In this document: positions 34,316-42,793 of the stretch, one piece after another
Numbering within the stretch: the first letter of the stretch is position 1
Layout: every line of letters begins with the position of its first letter
Source: a virus
Lineage: Duplodnaviria > Caudoviricetes
Direction: 5' to 3' (one strand)
DNA: 43,271 nt
Virus record (IMG/VR): IMGVR_UViG_3300012943_000686
Coordinates: 1 to 43,271 of that record
Made by a program: the position numbers and the translations under genes
The notes under the pieces: model-generated
The model's input: only the letters and a program-made list of their open reading frames with translations
Told to the model about the DNA's origin: nothing
The model's database searches: none

Positions 34316-36529
34316 GTGCCCAGCACGCCCTCTTGGTATACGCCCGACCCTGACGCACAGCCTACGACGCAAACTGCTGCGTCCGCGGGACCGCCGCCTT
34401 CATGGTATCAGCCGGAGCCTGTTGCGCCCGCCCCCCCTGCGGAACCGACCGACTATGGCGCGGCGAAGAACTTCCTGACGGGCCTTGCGCGTGTGCCCGG
34501 CGCGATTATCGGCACACCCGCTGCGCTCGTGCACGCAAAGCACTGGGTGGACGCGAAGGTTGATAATCTCGCCACTGGCGGCAACAAGACTGGCGCTGAC
34601 GTGGACAAGACCAGTCCGTTGTCATCGGTGCTGCCGACCGCAGAGGGCGTGGATAAGCTCGTGTTTGGCGCGACAGGCACGAAGCCCTACGAGCCGACAT
34701 CTATCGGCGGCAAGCTAGGTCAGGCGGCCATTACCGGCGTCGGTGCGGGGCTGCTGGACCCGCTTGCCCTTGGCGGCGCGCTGAAAGGCGCGAAGGGCGT
34801 CGGTGATGTTCTCTTGCGGCTATTCAAGGCCAACGCGGGACAGGCCGGCAAGGTGGGGCTTGCATCCACGGCCGCCGAGAGCGCTCACGAGATCGCACCA
34901 GATAGCGACATTCTCCCCGTCGCGGCCGCGCTGCTCACCCATAGCGGCGCCGGTCTCACGGCAGATGCGGCCCGCGCAGGCTATGGCGTTTTGCGCCCGG
35001 TCCTGAACCCCTCCGGCGCGGCGAAGACGACCGCGGCGAAGGTGCTGTCCGGCGTAGACAATGACCTCCCCGGCCTCGCCAACCCCGACGATGCAGCCAT
35101 CCAAGACGCAATCGACAAGACCAAGCAGACAACGGATGCGCTGGGGGATGGCCTCGACGACTATACCTCCGGCGGAAACATGCGCGCGGATTTGCAGGGG
35201 CGTAAGGATGCGCTAACCGCGCAACGCGGTGAAGCGGCCGACAAAGCCTACACCAATTTCCGCGCTCAACCGCCGATGACCGTCAACCGCCTTCAGGGCT
35301 TCCTTACTCGCCCCGGCTTCCGCTCGGCTATGCGCGATGCTGGCCGAGACGTGCTGGACGAAGGTGGGAAGCCCCTCACGCAATATTGGGATGTTGAAGA
35401 CGCTGGCGCGCTTGGCGGCGCGGATAACGTCCCAGGGATTCGCATAAAGGCTTCAGCGATCCCGCCGGATGTCCTCGACCGCATCAAGGGTAAGCTGGAC
35501 GACGCGGTTTCTGCCGCACGCCCCGGCTCTCGCGGGCAACGCACAGCGCAAATTCTCCGCAACGATTTCGTTGGCGCCCTAGACGACTTCTACCCCAACT
35601 CCTATCCGCAGACGCGCGCTGACTTCGCCGCCGCATCGCGCCCGCTTGATCCGCTGACACAAGGCCCTGTCGGGAAGGTGCTCGACAATCAAACGTCATT
35701 CGGCAATCGCACATACACGATGCCACAGGATCGCATTGCCGACACCTTCCTGAAGTCGCGCGCCCTGCGTTCGGACTTTGACAGCCTCGTCGCGGGCTAT
35801 GGCGGAGACAAGACCGCCGCGCTCGGCAACCTGCGCGAGAATCTGGTCGGCAAGGTTCAAGACGCCATCAACCCGGACGGCACACTCTCCCAGGCTGCGT
35901 TCGATCGCTCGGTGAAGCCGTATGCCAAGACCTTGAGCATGTGGTTCCCCGATCTCGCGCGCCAGTTCAATACGGCCAAAGGCGCGCAGGGTGCTCTCGA
36001 CAATTTGCGCGCCCAGGAAGGCGTAGCCTCTAGTGTGAAAGACGGTGCGCTTCGTGACGGTAACGGGCTCGTGACACAGGGCTCTTTCTCGACGTGGCTC
36101 GACCGCAACCAGAAAGCTCTCGCCGGCACACAAGACCCGAACACTGTCATCCGCCTGAAACAGATTGCGGCTGCGCTGCCGCGCGCGCCCGGCGGCGGCG
36201 CTGAAGCGGCCGTTGAAGCGGTTCCTGCCGCTGTCGGCGCTATGTATGGCGGCGCAGAAGCCGGTATCTTTGGTGCGATGTTTCACAAAATCCCCGACTG
36301 GCTCACAGGACCGCGTATCCAGACCTTCAAAGACGCCTATTCTAAAGCGATCGAAGATGCTGTCGTTAATCCGGCCGCCGCGAAACAGCTCGCCGCACAA
36401 ATCAACACGCGGCCACGCGGACAGACGCCGACACAGGCTCTCGGTCAGATCGTATTGAAAAGGGCTAAAGCTGCGGGAGCAGCGGCGCCGATGGCCGTGA
36501 ACGCCTCGGCTGTTCCCAGCGGGCAATAG
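34316..36529 (+). CDS. Probable large ejection protein
   Basis: 737 aa, A/G-rich helical, last of module; AAGGA SD before GTG. Confidence 0.65.
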   Translation: MPSTPSWYTPDPDAQPTTQTAASAGPPPSWYQPEPVAPAPPAEPTDYGAAKNFLTGLARVPGAIIGTPAALVHAKHWVDAKVDNLATGGNKTGADVDKTSPLSSVLPTAEGVDKLVFGATGTKPYEPTSIGGKLGQAAITGVGAGLLDPLALGGALKGAKGVGDVLLRLFKANAGQAGKVGLASTAAESAHEIAPDSDILPVAAALLTHSGAGLTADAARAGYGVLRPVLNPSGAAKTTAAKVLSGVDNDLPGLANPDDAAIQDAIDKTKQTTDALGDGLDDYTSGGNMRADLQGRKDALTAQRGEAADKAYTNFRAQPPMTVNRLQGFLTRPGFRSAMRDAGRDVLDEGGKPLTQYWDVEDAGALGGADNVPGIRIKASAIPPDVLDRIKGKLDDAVSAARPGSRGQRTAQILRNDFVGALDDFYPNSYPQTRADFAAASRPLDPLTQGPVGKVLDNQTSFGNRTYTMPQDRIADTFLKSRALRSDFDSLVAGYGGDKTAALGNLRENLVGKVQDAINPDGTLSQAAFDRSVKPYAKTLSMWFPDLARQFNTAKGAQGALDNLRAQEGVASSVKDGALRDGNGLVTQGSFSTWLDRNQKALAGTQDPNTVIRLKQIAAALPRAPGGGAEAAVEAVPAAVGAMYGGAEAGIFGAMFHKIPDWLTGPRIQTFKDAYSKAIEDAVVNPAAAKQLAAQINTRPRGQTPTQALGQIVLKRAKAAGAAAPMAVNASAVPSGQ

Positions 36530-36728
36530 CAGCCGCCAGGTTCTTTTGGGTCTCGGCTTCATCACCCACAACCAGCACGCCTGGCGACCAGCGATCGGGC
36601 TTTGGTTCGCGCATAAGCGCGAGCGTCACCGGGAAGCCGATAAACATGACCGGAAAGAACCAAAAGAGGGAATGCCCCCAAATAAGAGGGGCGACCACCA
36701 AGAGCAGAAATGCGACCAGAGCTGCCAT
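36465..36728 (-). CDS. Small two-TM membrane protein
   Basis: Two hydrophobic segments; opposite strand to virion genes. Confidence 0.55.
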   Translation of the reverse strand: MAALVAFLLLVVAPLIWGHSLFWFFPVMFIGFPVTLALMREPKPDRWSPGVLVVGDEAETQKNLAAAIARWEQPRRSRPSAPLLPQL

Positions 36729-36761
36729 GATTGGGGTACTACACTAGATACGTGGATTTGT

Positions 36762-36992
36762 CTAGTTCTCAACGTGGACGATAGCTGCGGGGGTTTGATT
36801 GCGCTGCCGCGCCAAGTCCGCCTCAAACGCCAATCGCGCGCTCTCACAGGCTTTTGGCGCATCAGGGTGTGCCCCCAAACAAGCCTTATAGGCCGTCAAA
36901 GAATCATTCACGGCTTCGCGGTTTTCGATCTTTTGTCGGACTGCACACCCGCATAGCGCCAACGCGAGCACGGCGACCGTTAACCATTTCAT
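36762..36992 (-). CDS. Small lipoprotein
   Basis: MKWLTVAVLALALCGC lipobox; GGAG SD; two further Cys. Confidence 0.75.
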   Translation of the reverse strand: MKWLTVAVLALALCGCAVRQKIENREAVNDSLTAYKACLGAHPDAPKACESARLAFEADLARQRNQTPAAIVHVEN

Positions 36993-37026
36993 GTGTTTCT
37001 CCAACCCCTTAGCGGATCAAGTTGTA

Positions 37027-37260
37027 ATGAGCGCAGACATATACCAACGCCTTGCCGCCGTCGAGACCCGGCTTTCTTCGATCGAAGAAGTTCAGGGGAG
37101 TATGGCCGCCGATCTGCGCGTGGTGCGCGATCACATGATCGCAGACGCCAGCGTCCGCAAGGCCTTCAAACGGTTTTTGTCTATCAGCATCAGCATTTTA
37201 GCCGTCGTTGGCGCAGCGTGGAAGATCCTCAAAGGCGTGCCGCCGGAGCTGGTCGGGTAG
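37027..37260 (+). CDS. Coiled-coil + C-terminal TM protein (XhlA/holin-like)
   Basis: RLAAVETRLSSIEE heptads then hydrophobic helix. Confidence 0.55.
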   Translation: MSADIYQRLAAVETRLSSIEEVQGSMAADLRVVRDHMIADASVRKAFKRFLSISISILAVVGAAWKILKGVPPELVG

Positions 37261-37263
37261 ACA

Positions 37264-37304
37264 TACGCGCGTACCTTGACAAGATACGCGCGTATCTGTA
37301 GAAA
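37264..37304 (+). promoter_or_regulatory. Promoter of nucleotide-enzyme/lysis/xis-int operon with two operators
   Basis: TTGACA 37276-37281, 17 bp, TAGAAA; TACGCGCGTA 37264-37273 and 37285-37294. Confidence 0.85.
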
Positions 37305-37332
37305 CGAACTTGCATCCGATTTCAGAGGCCAA

Positions 37333-38577
37333 ATGCCAACCCAAAAAACATCCTCCGGTCGTAAGCTCGACCGCGCCACCGCTCAGCAAGCCGTCGATGC
37401 AGTCACACGCTCGGAAGGCAACGTCGTCAAAGCGGCGAGCAACCTCCGTATCCCGCGTGAAACCCTCGTGACGCGCCTGCGCACCGCCGATTTGATGGGC
37501 GTGAAGCCGAGCCCCGAAATCGAGGATATGAACAACGTCGCGCACGTCAAGCTGCGGCTGAAACGCCTCGAAAAGGATTACGTCGAGCTTCAGAAAAAGA
37601 CGCTCGACGCATCGGCAATCAAGCGCCAGATCATCGGTCTTCAACAGGACGTAGCGGCGTCGGACCCGCCAGACTGGACGATCAACGCGCCGCGCTCGGA
37701 CTCGGCGCCAGGCGTGCCGCTCCTCTTCCTCTCAGACTTGCACTGGTCGGAGATCGTTCACCCGTCGCAGATCAACGGCGTCAACCGCTACAATCTCGAC
37801 ATTGCGCGTCGCCGGATGCGGACTCTTGGCGAGGGGGCGGTTCGCCTGCTCTCCATCATCAGCCCGAAAATGGATTACCCCGGCATCGTCATCCCGTTGG
37901 GCGGAGACATGATCTCCGGCAACATTCACGACGAACTCACCGCCACCAACGAAATGAACTCGATGCCAACCGTGCTCGATCTGTTCGGTGAGCTGGCCGG
38001 CTTCATCGGTGGTATGGCGGACAAATTCGGCAAGGTGTTCTGCCCGTGCGTCACCGGCAACCACGGCCGCGACACGACGAAGATTTGGGGTAAGGATCGG
38101 CACCACACGTCATTCGATTGGTTGCTCTATTGCTTCCTTGCGAAGCATTTTGAGAACGACAAGCGCATCACGTTCTTCATCCCCGACGGCCCTGACGCAT
38201 ACTTCAAAATCTTCAATCACCGGTATCTGTTGACGCACGGCGACCAATTCCGCGGCGGCGACGGCATGATCGGTGCGCTCGGCCCGATCATTCGCGGCGA
38301 CCACAAGAAGCGTTCGCGCAATGCGCAAATTTCGATGGAATACGACACGATGCTACTGGGGCACTGGCACCAGTACATTCACCTGACGCGCCTGATCGTG
38401 AACGGATCGCTGAAGGGGTATGACGAATACGCCTACAGCAACAACTTTGGATATGAGCAGCCACAGCAAGCGCTGTGGATCACGCATCCGAAATACGGCA
38501 TCACGTTCCGCTCGCCGGTCTTCGTTGATCGCGTCGAGAAGGCTACGAAAGCCTCCTGGGTCAGTGTGGCGGCATGA
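37333..38577 (+). CDS. N-terminal Fis-like HTH + calcineurin-like metallophosphoesterase
   Basis: GNVVKAASNLRIPRETL HTH; SDLH, GDMI, GNHGR, THGD, GHWH. Confidence 0.85.
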   Translation: MPTQKTSSGRKLDRATAQQAVDAVTRSEGNVVKAASNLRIPRETLVTRLRTADLMGVKPSPEIEDMNNVAHVKLRLKRLEKDYVELQKKTLDASAIKRQIIGLQQDVAASDPPDWTINAPRSDSAPGVPLLFLSDLHWSEIVHPSQINGVNRYNLDIARRRMRTLGEGAVRLLSIISPKMDYPGIVIPLGGDMISGNIHDELTATNEMNSMPTVLDLFGELAGFIGGMADKFGKVFCPCVTGNHGRDTTKIWGKDRHHTSFDWLLYCFLAKHFENDKRITFFIPDGPDAYFKIFNHRYLLTHGDQFRGGDGMIGALGPIIRGDHKKRSRNAQISMEYDTMLLGHWHQYIHLTRLIVNGSLKGYDEYAYSNNFGYEQPQQALWITHPKYGITFRSPVFVDRVEKATKASWVSVAA

Positions 38578-39014
38578 GCCTCGTTTATCTCGCTGGCCCT
38601 ATGGATGGGTTGACCTATGTTGAATGCGATGAATGGCGCCGTATCGCCGCTGAGAGACTGAAAGACCACGGCATAACAGCCGTGTCTCCTCTGCGCGGCA
38701 AGCGTGGGGTCGAAGAATTCAGCGCCACCACGACAAGCGGACCTATAGACACTGACGCCGGCATTACGGGGCGCGACCGATGGGACGTGCAACGCGCGGA
38801 CATGGTTTTCGTCAATCTGTTCGGTGCGGCCAAAGTTTCAATCGGCACAATGATCGAGCTTGGTTGGGCAGACGCCGCGCGAGTGCCTGTAGTGGTGCTT
38901 ATGAGCCCGAACAACATCCACAACCACCCAATGGTTCGCAACATCGCGACCTATCTGACGGATGATTTTGACGAGGCCCTCGATCTGGTCGTCACGGCTC
39001 TGAGGCGCCCATGA
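38574..39014 (+). CDS. Nucleoside 2-deoxyribosyltransferase / dNMP N-glycosidase-like protein
   Basis: VYLAGP, D..DVQRAD, SIGTMIELGWA. Confidence 0.85.
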   Translation: MSLVYLAGPMDGLTYVECDEWRRIAAERLKDHGITAVSPLRGKRGVEEFSATTTSGPIDTDAGITGRDRWDVQRADMVFVNLFGAAKVSIGTMIELGWADAARVPVVVLMSPNNIHNHPMVRNIATYLTDDFDEALDLVVTALRRP

Positions 39015-39433
39015 GCAGGAACGAGTGGTGCTCTGTAGGGCATGCCGGCCCATGTGACGGTCGACAGCGTGCCCTTTGCCGGTATAAGAGGCCGGCGTTA
39101 CGCTCAAAGACGAGTGCGGAGCGCAAAGCCGAGCCTATCTATTCCGGCGCGTTCATGTACTTCCCCGACGCGCTGGCCGCTGTATCGCGTCTTAGCAAGG
39201 CAGGGAACGACAAGCATAATCCTGGCGAGCCGCTCCATTGGGCGCGCGGGAAGTCCACCGACCAAATGGACTGTCTTGCTCGGCACATCCTTACGCCTGA
39301 AGCAATTGATCCAGAGACCAACGAGCCGGAGCTGGTCGCGGCCGTGTGGCGCGGCCTCGCCCAACTTCAGCTCTTGGAGGAGAAGCGCCTCGCTGCCGCC
39401 GGGATCAGGCCTTATTCGGGTATCGTGTCGTGA
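39011..39433 (+). CDS. dATP/dGTP diphosphohydrolase-like domain (DUF5664-like)
   Basis: K.....FPDALAAV....GNDKH....W......D...RH pattern. Confidence 0.7.
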   Translation: MSRNEWCSVGHAGPCDGRQRALCRYKRPALRSKTSAERKAEPIYSGAFMYFPDALAAVSRLSKAGNDKHNPGEPLHWARGKSTDQMDCLARHILTPEAIDPETNEPELVAAVWRGLAQLQLLEEKRLAAAGIRPYSGIVS

Positions 39434-39849
39434 ACCTATCCCCACGCGACCGCGATGCGATGATCCGCACCATCTGGGGCGAGAGCCGCGGTGAAAGAAC
39501 CGTCGGGCGAATAGCCGTCGCTCACGTCATTCTCAACCGTGCGGCGCAGCCTGCCTGGTGGGGCTCAACGCCCTTCGACGTGTGCCACAAGCCCTATCAG
39601 TTTTCGTGCTGGAATAAATCTGATCCGAACGCGCTCAAGATCGAGCAGCTCTGCCAGAGCGACGACACCTATCAGGCAATCGGCGTGCTCGTTGACCATT
39701 GTGCGGCGGGTATCGAGCCTGACCCGACGTGCGGCGCTGACCACTACAAAGTCACTGGCACGCCTGCTTCTTGGGATGAGAGCACGGCAGGCAAAACCGC
39801 GGTCATCATCGGTCATCATTCGTTTTGGAAGCTGGGGCCGCGCGGATGA
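39430..39849 (+). CDS. Endolysin, SleB/Hydrolase_2 family
   Basis: TIWGESRGE, AVAHVILNR, QFSCWN, DPT.GA.HY, IG.H.F. Confidence 0.9.
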   Translation: MNLSPRDRDAMIRTIWGESRGERTVGRIAVAHVILNRAAQPAWWGSTPFDVCHKPYQFSCWNKSDPNALKIEQLCQSDDTYQAIGVLVDHCAAGIEPDPTCGADHYKVTGTPASWDESTAGKTAVIIGHHSFWKLGPRG

Positions 39850-40397
39850 CATACGGCGTGATCCTCATTGATCCCCCTTGGGCGTTCAAAACATTCAGTG
39901 GCAAGACCGGCACTCCACACCGTTCGGCGGAAGACCACTACGAAACCATGTCGGTTAAAGACATGGCCGGCATACCGTTGGCTGATATGGCTGCGAAGGA
40001 TTGCGCCCTCTTTATGTGGGTTGTGGATTCGCATATCGACGTTGCCATCGAACTCGCTCGCGCCTGGGGCTTCCGCTTCAAAACCCGCGCTTTTACGTGG
40101 CGCAAACTGACTGCCACCGGCACCGCCCGGATCGGAATGGGCTATTGGACGCGTAAGCAGACGGAAATATGCCTGCTTTTCACACGAGGAAAACCGCGGC
40201 GCCTGTCGAAGGGTGTCCGCGAAATCATTGACGCCCCCCGTCGCGAACATAGCCGAAAGCCGGAGGAGCAGTACGGTCGCATCGAAGCCCTTGTTGCCGG
40301 CCCTTACCTAGAAATGTTCGCGCGACAGCGTCGCCCCGGCTGGGATGTTTGGGGCAACGAAACAGACAAATTTTCAACGCCGGAGGTCGTGGCATGA
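39846..40397 (+). CDS. MT-A70 family adenine methyltransferase
   Basis: DPPW, LFMW, WGF, GMGYWTR..TE, HSRKP, LEMFAR..RPGW..WGN. Confidence 0.92.
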   Translation: MTYGVILIDPPWAFKTFSGKTGTPHRSAEDHYETMSVKDMAGIPLADMAAKDCALFMWVVDSHIDVAIELARAWGFRFKTRAFTWRKLTATGTARIGMGYWTRKQTEICLLFTRGKPRRLSKGVREIIDAPRREHSRKPEEQYGRIEALVAGPYLEMFARQRRPGWDVWGNETDKFSTPEVVA

Positions 40398-40717
40398 CCA
40401 ACACAACTCAGATGCAACTTCTCACCGCAATCCGCTATCTGCTGGTGCTCGCCGGCGGCTACCTCGCACAGCGCGGCTATATCGACAACAGCCAGGTCGA
40501 GGGTGTCGTTTCGGCGCTGTTGATTATCGGTCCCGCCGCATGGGGCTTTTTCACCAACCTCTGCCATGAGCGCAACGCCCGCACACGCGAAGTCGTCGCG
40601 GTGCAGGCCGCCCTCGACCACGCAGGCCAATCGGTCGTCGTGACCCCCGCATTGGCGCGGGCAATCATCGCCACGCCAGTATCCCCGCCCAATCCGGGCA
40701 CAACCACAAAGGAGTAG
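40394..40717 (+). CDS. Probable holin
   Basis: IRYLL...GG.L...G plus second TM ending in W; lysis position. Confidence 0.7.
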   Translation: MTNTTQMQLLTAIRYLLVLAGGYLAQRGYIDNSQVEGVVSALLIIGPAAWGFFTNLCHERNARTREVVAVQAALDHAGQSVVVTPALARAIIATPVSPPNPGTTTKE

Positions 40718-40719
40718 CC

Positions 40720-41070
40720 ATGAGTGTTCTAAGTGACGCATGGGCCCGGCTGAAAGCGTTTGCTGAAGCTGCGGTCAAGACCATCGAACATACCGTTTCG
40801 GACATCTTCACCAAGTTCGTCCCGGTCCTCGAACAGGACTTCGAGCAGTTCGTTCGCGATCACGGCGCCGATGCCGTCGCATCGGTGATGGCCTGGGCCG
40901 CCAAAGAGGTTTCGGGGCCGGAAAAGCTGTCCGGTGTCGTGACCGATTTGATCCAGCTCGCCGAAAGCAAGGGTCGCGAATACACCGCCGACTTGAAGGT
41001 GATTGCGCAGACGGTGGCGCAGCAAGCCTATACCGCCGTTGCAACCTCGCTGCCTAAACAGCAGTCGTAG
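40720..41070 (+). CDS. Hypothetical lysis-module protein
   Basis: AAGGAG SD; SGPEK motif; amphipathic. Confidence 0.7.
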   Translation: MSVLSDAWARLKAFAEAAVKTIEHTVSDIFTKFVPVLEQDFEQFVRDHGADAVASVMAWAAKEVSGPEKLSGVVTDLIQLAESKGREYTADLKVIAQTVAQQAYTAVATSLPKQQS

Positions 41071-41079
41071 GAGCGCGCC

Positions 41080-41334
41080 ATGTGGAAAAACCTTCTGGGC
41101 GCCGTGTTTTCGTGGGTGCTCGGGAGGTTTTTTCCGCCGCCTCCAAGCCCTACCGCCCCTTCTGCCGAATCCCTCCTGCGAGCCGCCCAAGCTGAGAAAG
41201 ACCGCGCCGATGCCCTCCAAGCCATTCTCGCCGCCAAGATCCAGAGCGATGCGGAACGCGATGCTGTTCGCAGCGACCTTGGCGCTCACGCTGACAGGCT
41301 GCGCGCACCCGACCCCTTCCAGCGTGCCGGTTGA
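41080..41334 (+). CDS. Probable i-spanin (Rz-like)
   Basis: N-terminal hydrophobic segment then coiled coil; AGGAG SD; overlapped by lipoprotein ORF. Confidence 0.6.
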   Translation: MWKNLLGAVFSWVLGRFFPPPPSPTAPSAESLLRAAQAEKDRADALQAILAAKIQSDAERDAVRSDLGAHADRLRAPDPFQRAG

Positions 41335-41506
41335 GCCCGCCCCGATAGCAAGCCCTGTTCCGCCCGCCTGGCTGGGGTTCTGCGCGCACGCCAAGCCGAT
41401 TACTTGGAGCGCCAAGGACACCGACGGGACGCTTGAACAGGTGAAAGAGCACAACGCCCTCGGCGTCGCGCATTGCGACTGGGGCAAGAAAAAGGACAGC
41501 CAATGA
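41249..41506 (+). CDS. Probable o-spanin (Rz1-like lipoprotein)
   Basis: LALTLTGC lipobox, Pro-rich, C...PI.WS.KDT...Q..HN....C; starts inside i-spanin in +1 frame. Confidence 0.7.
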   Translation: MRNAMLFAATLALTLTGCAHPTPSSVPVEPAPIASPVPPAWLGFCAHAKPITWSAKDTDGTLEQVKEHNALGVAHCDWGKKKDSQ

Positions 41507-41574
41507 TCGCCCGTCTTCTCGACCTCTTCCGGCGCCTGTGCGTGATCGACGAACTCTGCCCTATGGAGCTGTAA
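41503..41574 (+). CDS. 23-aa bridging ORF between o-spanin and xis
   Basis: AAGGA SD, ATGA overlap, TAA abuts xis GTG. Confidence 0.4.
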   Translation: MIARLLDLFRRLCVIDELCPMEL

Positions 41575-41856
41575 GTGCTCGCAGACCGCAACACGGTCGC
41601 TGAAGTCGCAACCTTTTGGGGGGTGTCCCCCAGAACCGTCCAGCGTCGCATCCGATCAGGAGCACTCCCTTGCCTGAAGCTGGGCGGCGCGGTAAGGATC
41701 AGCCGCGAACAGGTCGAGTCCTATGAGGCAAGATGCAGCTCTGGCGGCACCCCAACGGCGTCTGGTATGTCCGATTTGGCCCGCGCGGCCGGAAGAGGAT
41801 CAGTGCTCAGACAACTGATCGCCGGGACGCCGAGAAATTCCTTGCCCGATTTATAG
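41575..41856 (+). CDS. xis: Excisionase (HTH_17 type)
   Basis: TVAEVA..WGVS.RTV.R.I..G.L....LGG..RI; overlaps int. Confidence 0.85.
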   Translation: MLADRNTVAEVATFWGVSPRTVQRRIRSGALPCLKLGGAVRISREQVESYEARCSSGGTPTASGMSDLARAAGRGSVLRQLIAGTPRNSLPDL

Positions 41857-42695
41857 CCGTCCAAGACGTTCCAACGACCAAAATCACCGTCGCGGAAATC
41901 CTTGCCGGCTATCGCGCTGATGCCGAAGCGCGCGTGCGCTCTCCCCAGGCCATCCAACACGCAGAGCGCGCCCTCACACCCCTCGGCCCCCTTTTCCCTA
42001 ATCAGCTCACTCCACCGACCATCCGCGCCTGGGGCGCGTCTCTGGGCGTCTCCAACGGCACCGTCCTCCGTCATGTCGGTGTTCTGAGGGCGGCACTTCA
42101 TTGGGCCGTTCAGAGCCAGTGGGTTGCGACCGCCCCCCACATCTCAAATCCAGTCCCCATGCCTCCCCCGCGAGATCGCTGGCTCACCAAAGATGAAGCC
42201 CGCGCGCTCCTGACGGGCTGCACCGAGCCGCATGTGCGCCTGTTTGTGATTCTAGGCCTGATGACAGTCGCCAGGATGTCCGCCATCTTGGAGGCCCAGT
42301 GGGGCCAGGTGGACTTTGAACACCAGACGATCGACTACGGCACCGGCTGGGGCAACAAGCGTCGCGCGATTGTCCCGCTCAACGACGAGGCCTTCCGAAC
42401 CCTTCAGGCAGCACATGCGCTGCGGTCCTCGGATTACGTGATCGAGTTCCGTGGCAACAAGGTCGGTACTGTCAAAAACGGTTTCGCGGCAGCGTGCCGA
42501 CGCGCGAGCTTAACCGGCGTGACGCCCCATATCCTCCGCCACACAGGCGCTACCTGGATGGCTCTCGATGGTATCCCGCTGGCGGAAATCGCGCGCATGT
42601 TGGGGGATTCAGAAGCCACCGTGGAAAAGGTCTATGCCAAGCACCACCCTGATTACCTCCGCTCGGCGGCCCGCGCCTTACAGCTCTCGTCCTGA
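41733..42695 (+). CDS. int: Tyrosine integrase
   Basis: Catalytic R (TVAR), K (NKRR), HILRH, LGD (second His replaced), Y (KVYAK). Confidence 0.93.
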   Translation: MQLWRHPNGVWYVRFGPRGRKRISAQTTDRRDAEKFLARFIAVQDVPTTKITVAEILAGYRADAEARVRSPQAIQHAERALTPLGPLFPNQLTPPTIRAWGASLGVSNGTVLRHVGVLRAALHWAVQSQWVATAPHISNPVPMPPPRDRWLTKDEARALLTGCTEPHVRLFVILGLMTVARMSAILEAQWGQVDFEHQTIDYGTGWGNKRRAIVPLNDEAFRTLQAAHALRSSDYVIEFRGNKVGTVKNGFAAACRRASLTGVTPHILRHTGATWMALDGIPLAEIARMLGDSEATVEKVYAKHHPDYLRSAARALQLSS

Positions 42696-42701
42696 TGCTT
42701 G

Positions 42702-42779
42702 AAATTGCCGTTCAGGTGAACGGCATATATGTCATTTCATGTCGTAAATTGTCGTTTTCACAACCTTAACGTATTGATT
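42702..42779. promoter_or_regulatory. att arm: repeated Int/Xis-type sites and IHF site
   Basis: TGTCRT at 42730, 42740, 42750; AAATTGYCGTT at 42702 and 42746; minus-strand AATCAATACGTTA (42779-42767) = WATCAANNNNTTR. Confidence 0.65.
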
Positions 42780-42793
42780 TTATTATAAGACCT

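Noticed and set aside
39011-39433. Z-genome (2-aminoadenine) pathway
   Set aside because: No PurZ/adenylosuccinate synthetase-like gene recognised; a diphosphohydrolase alone is insufficient
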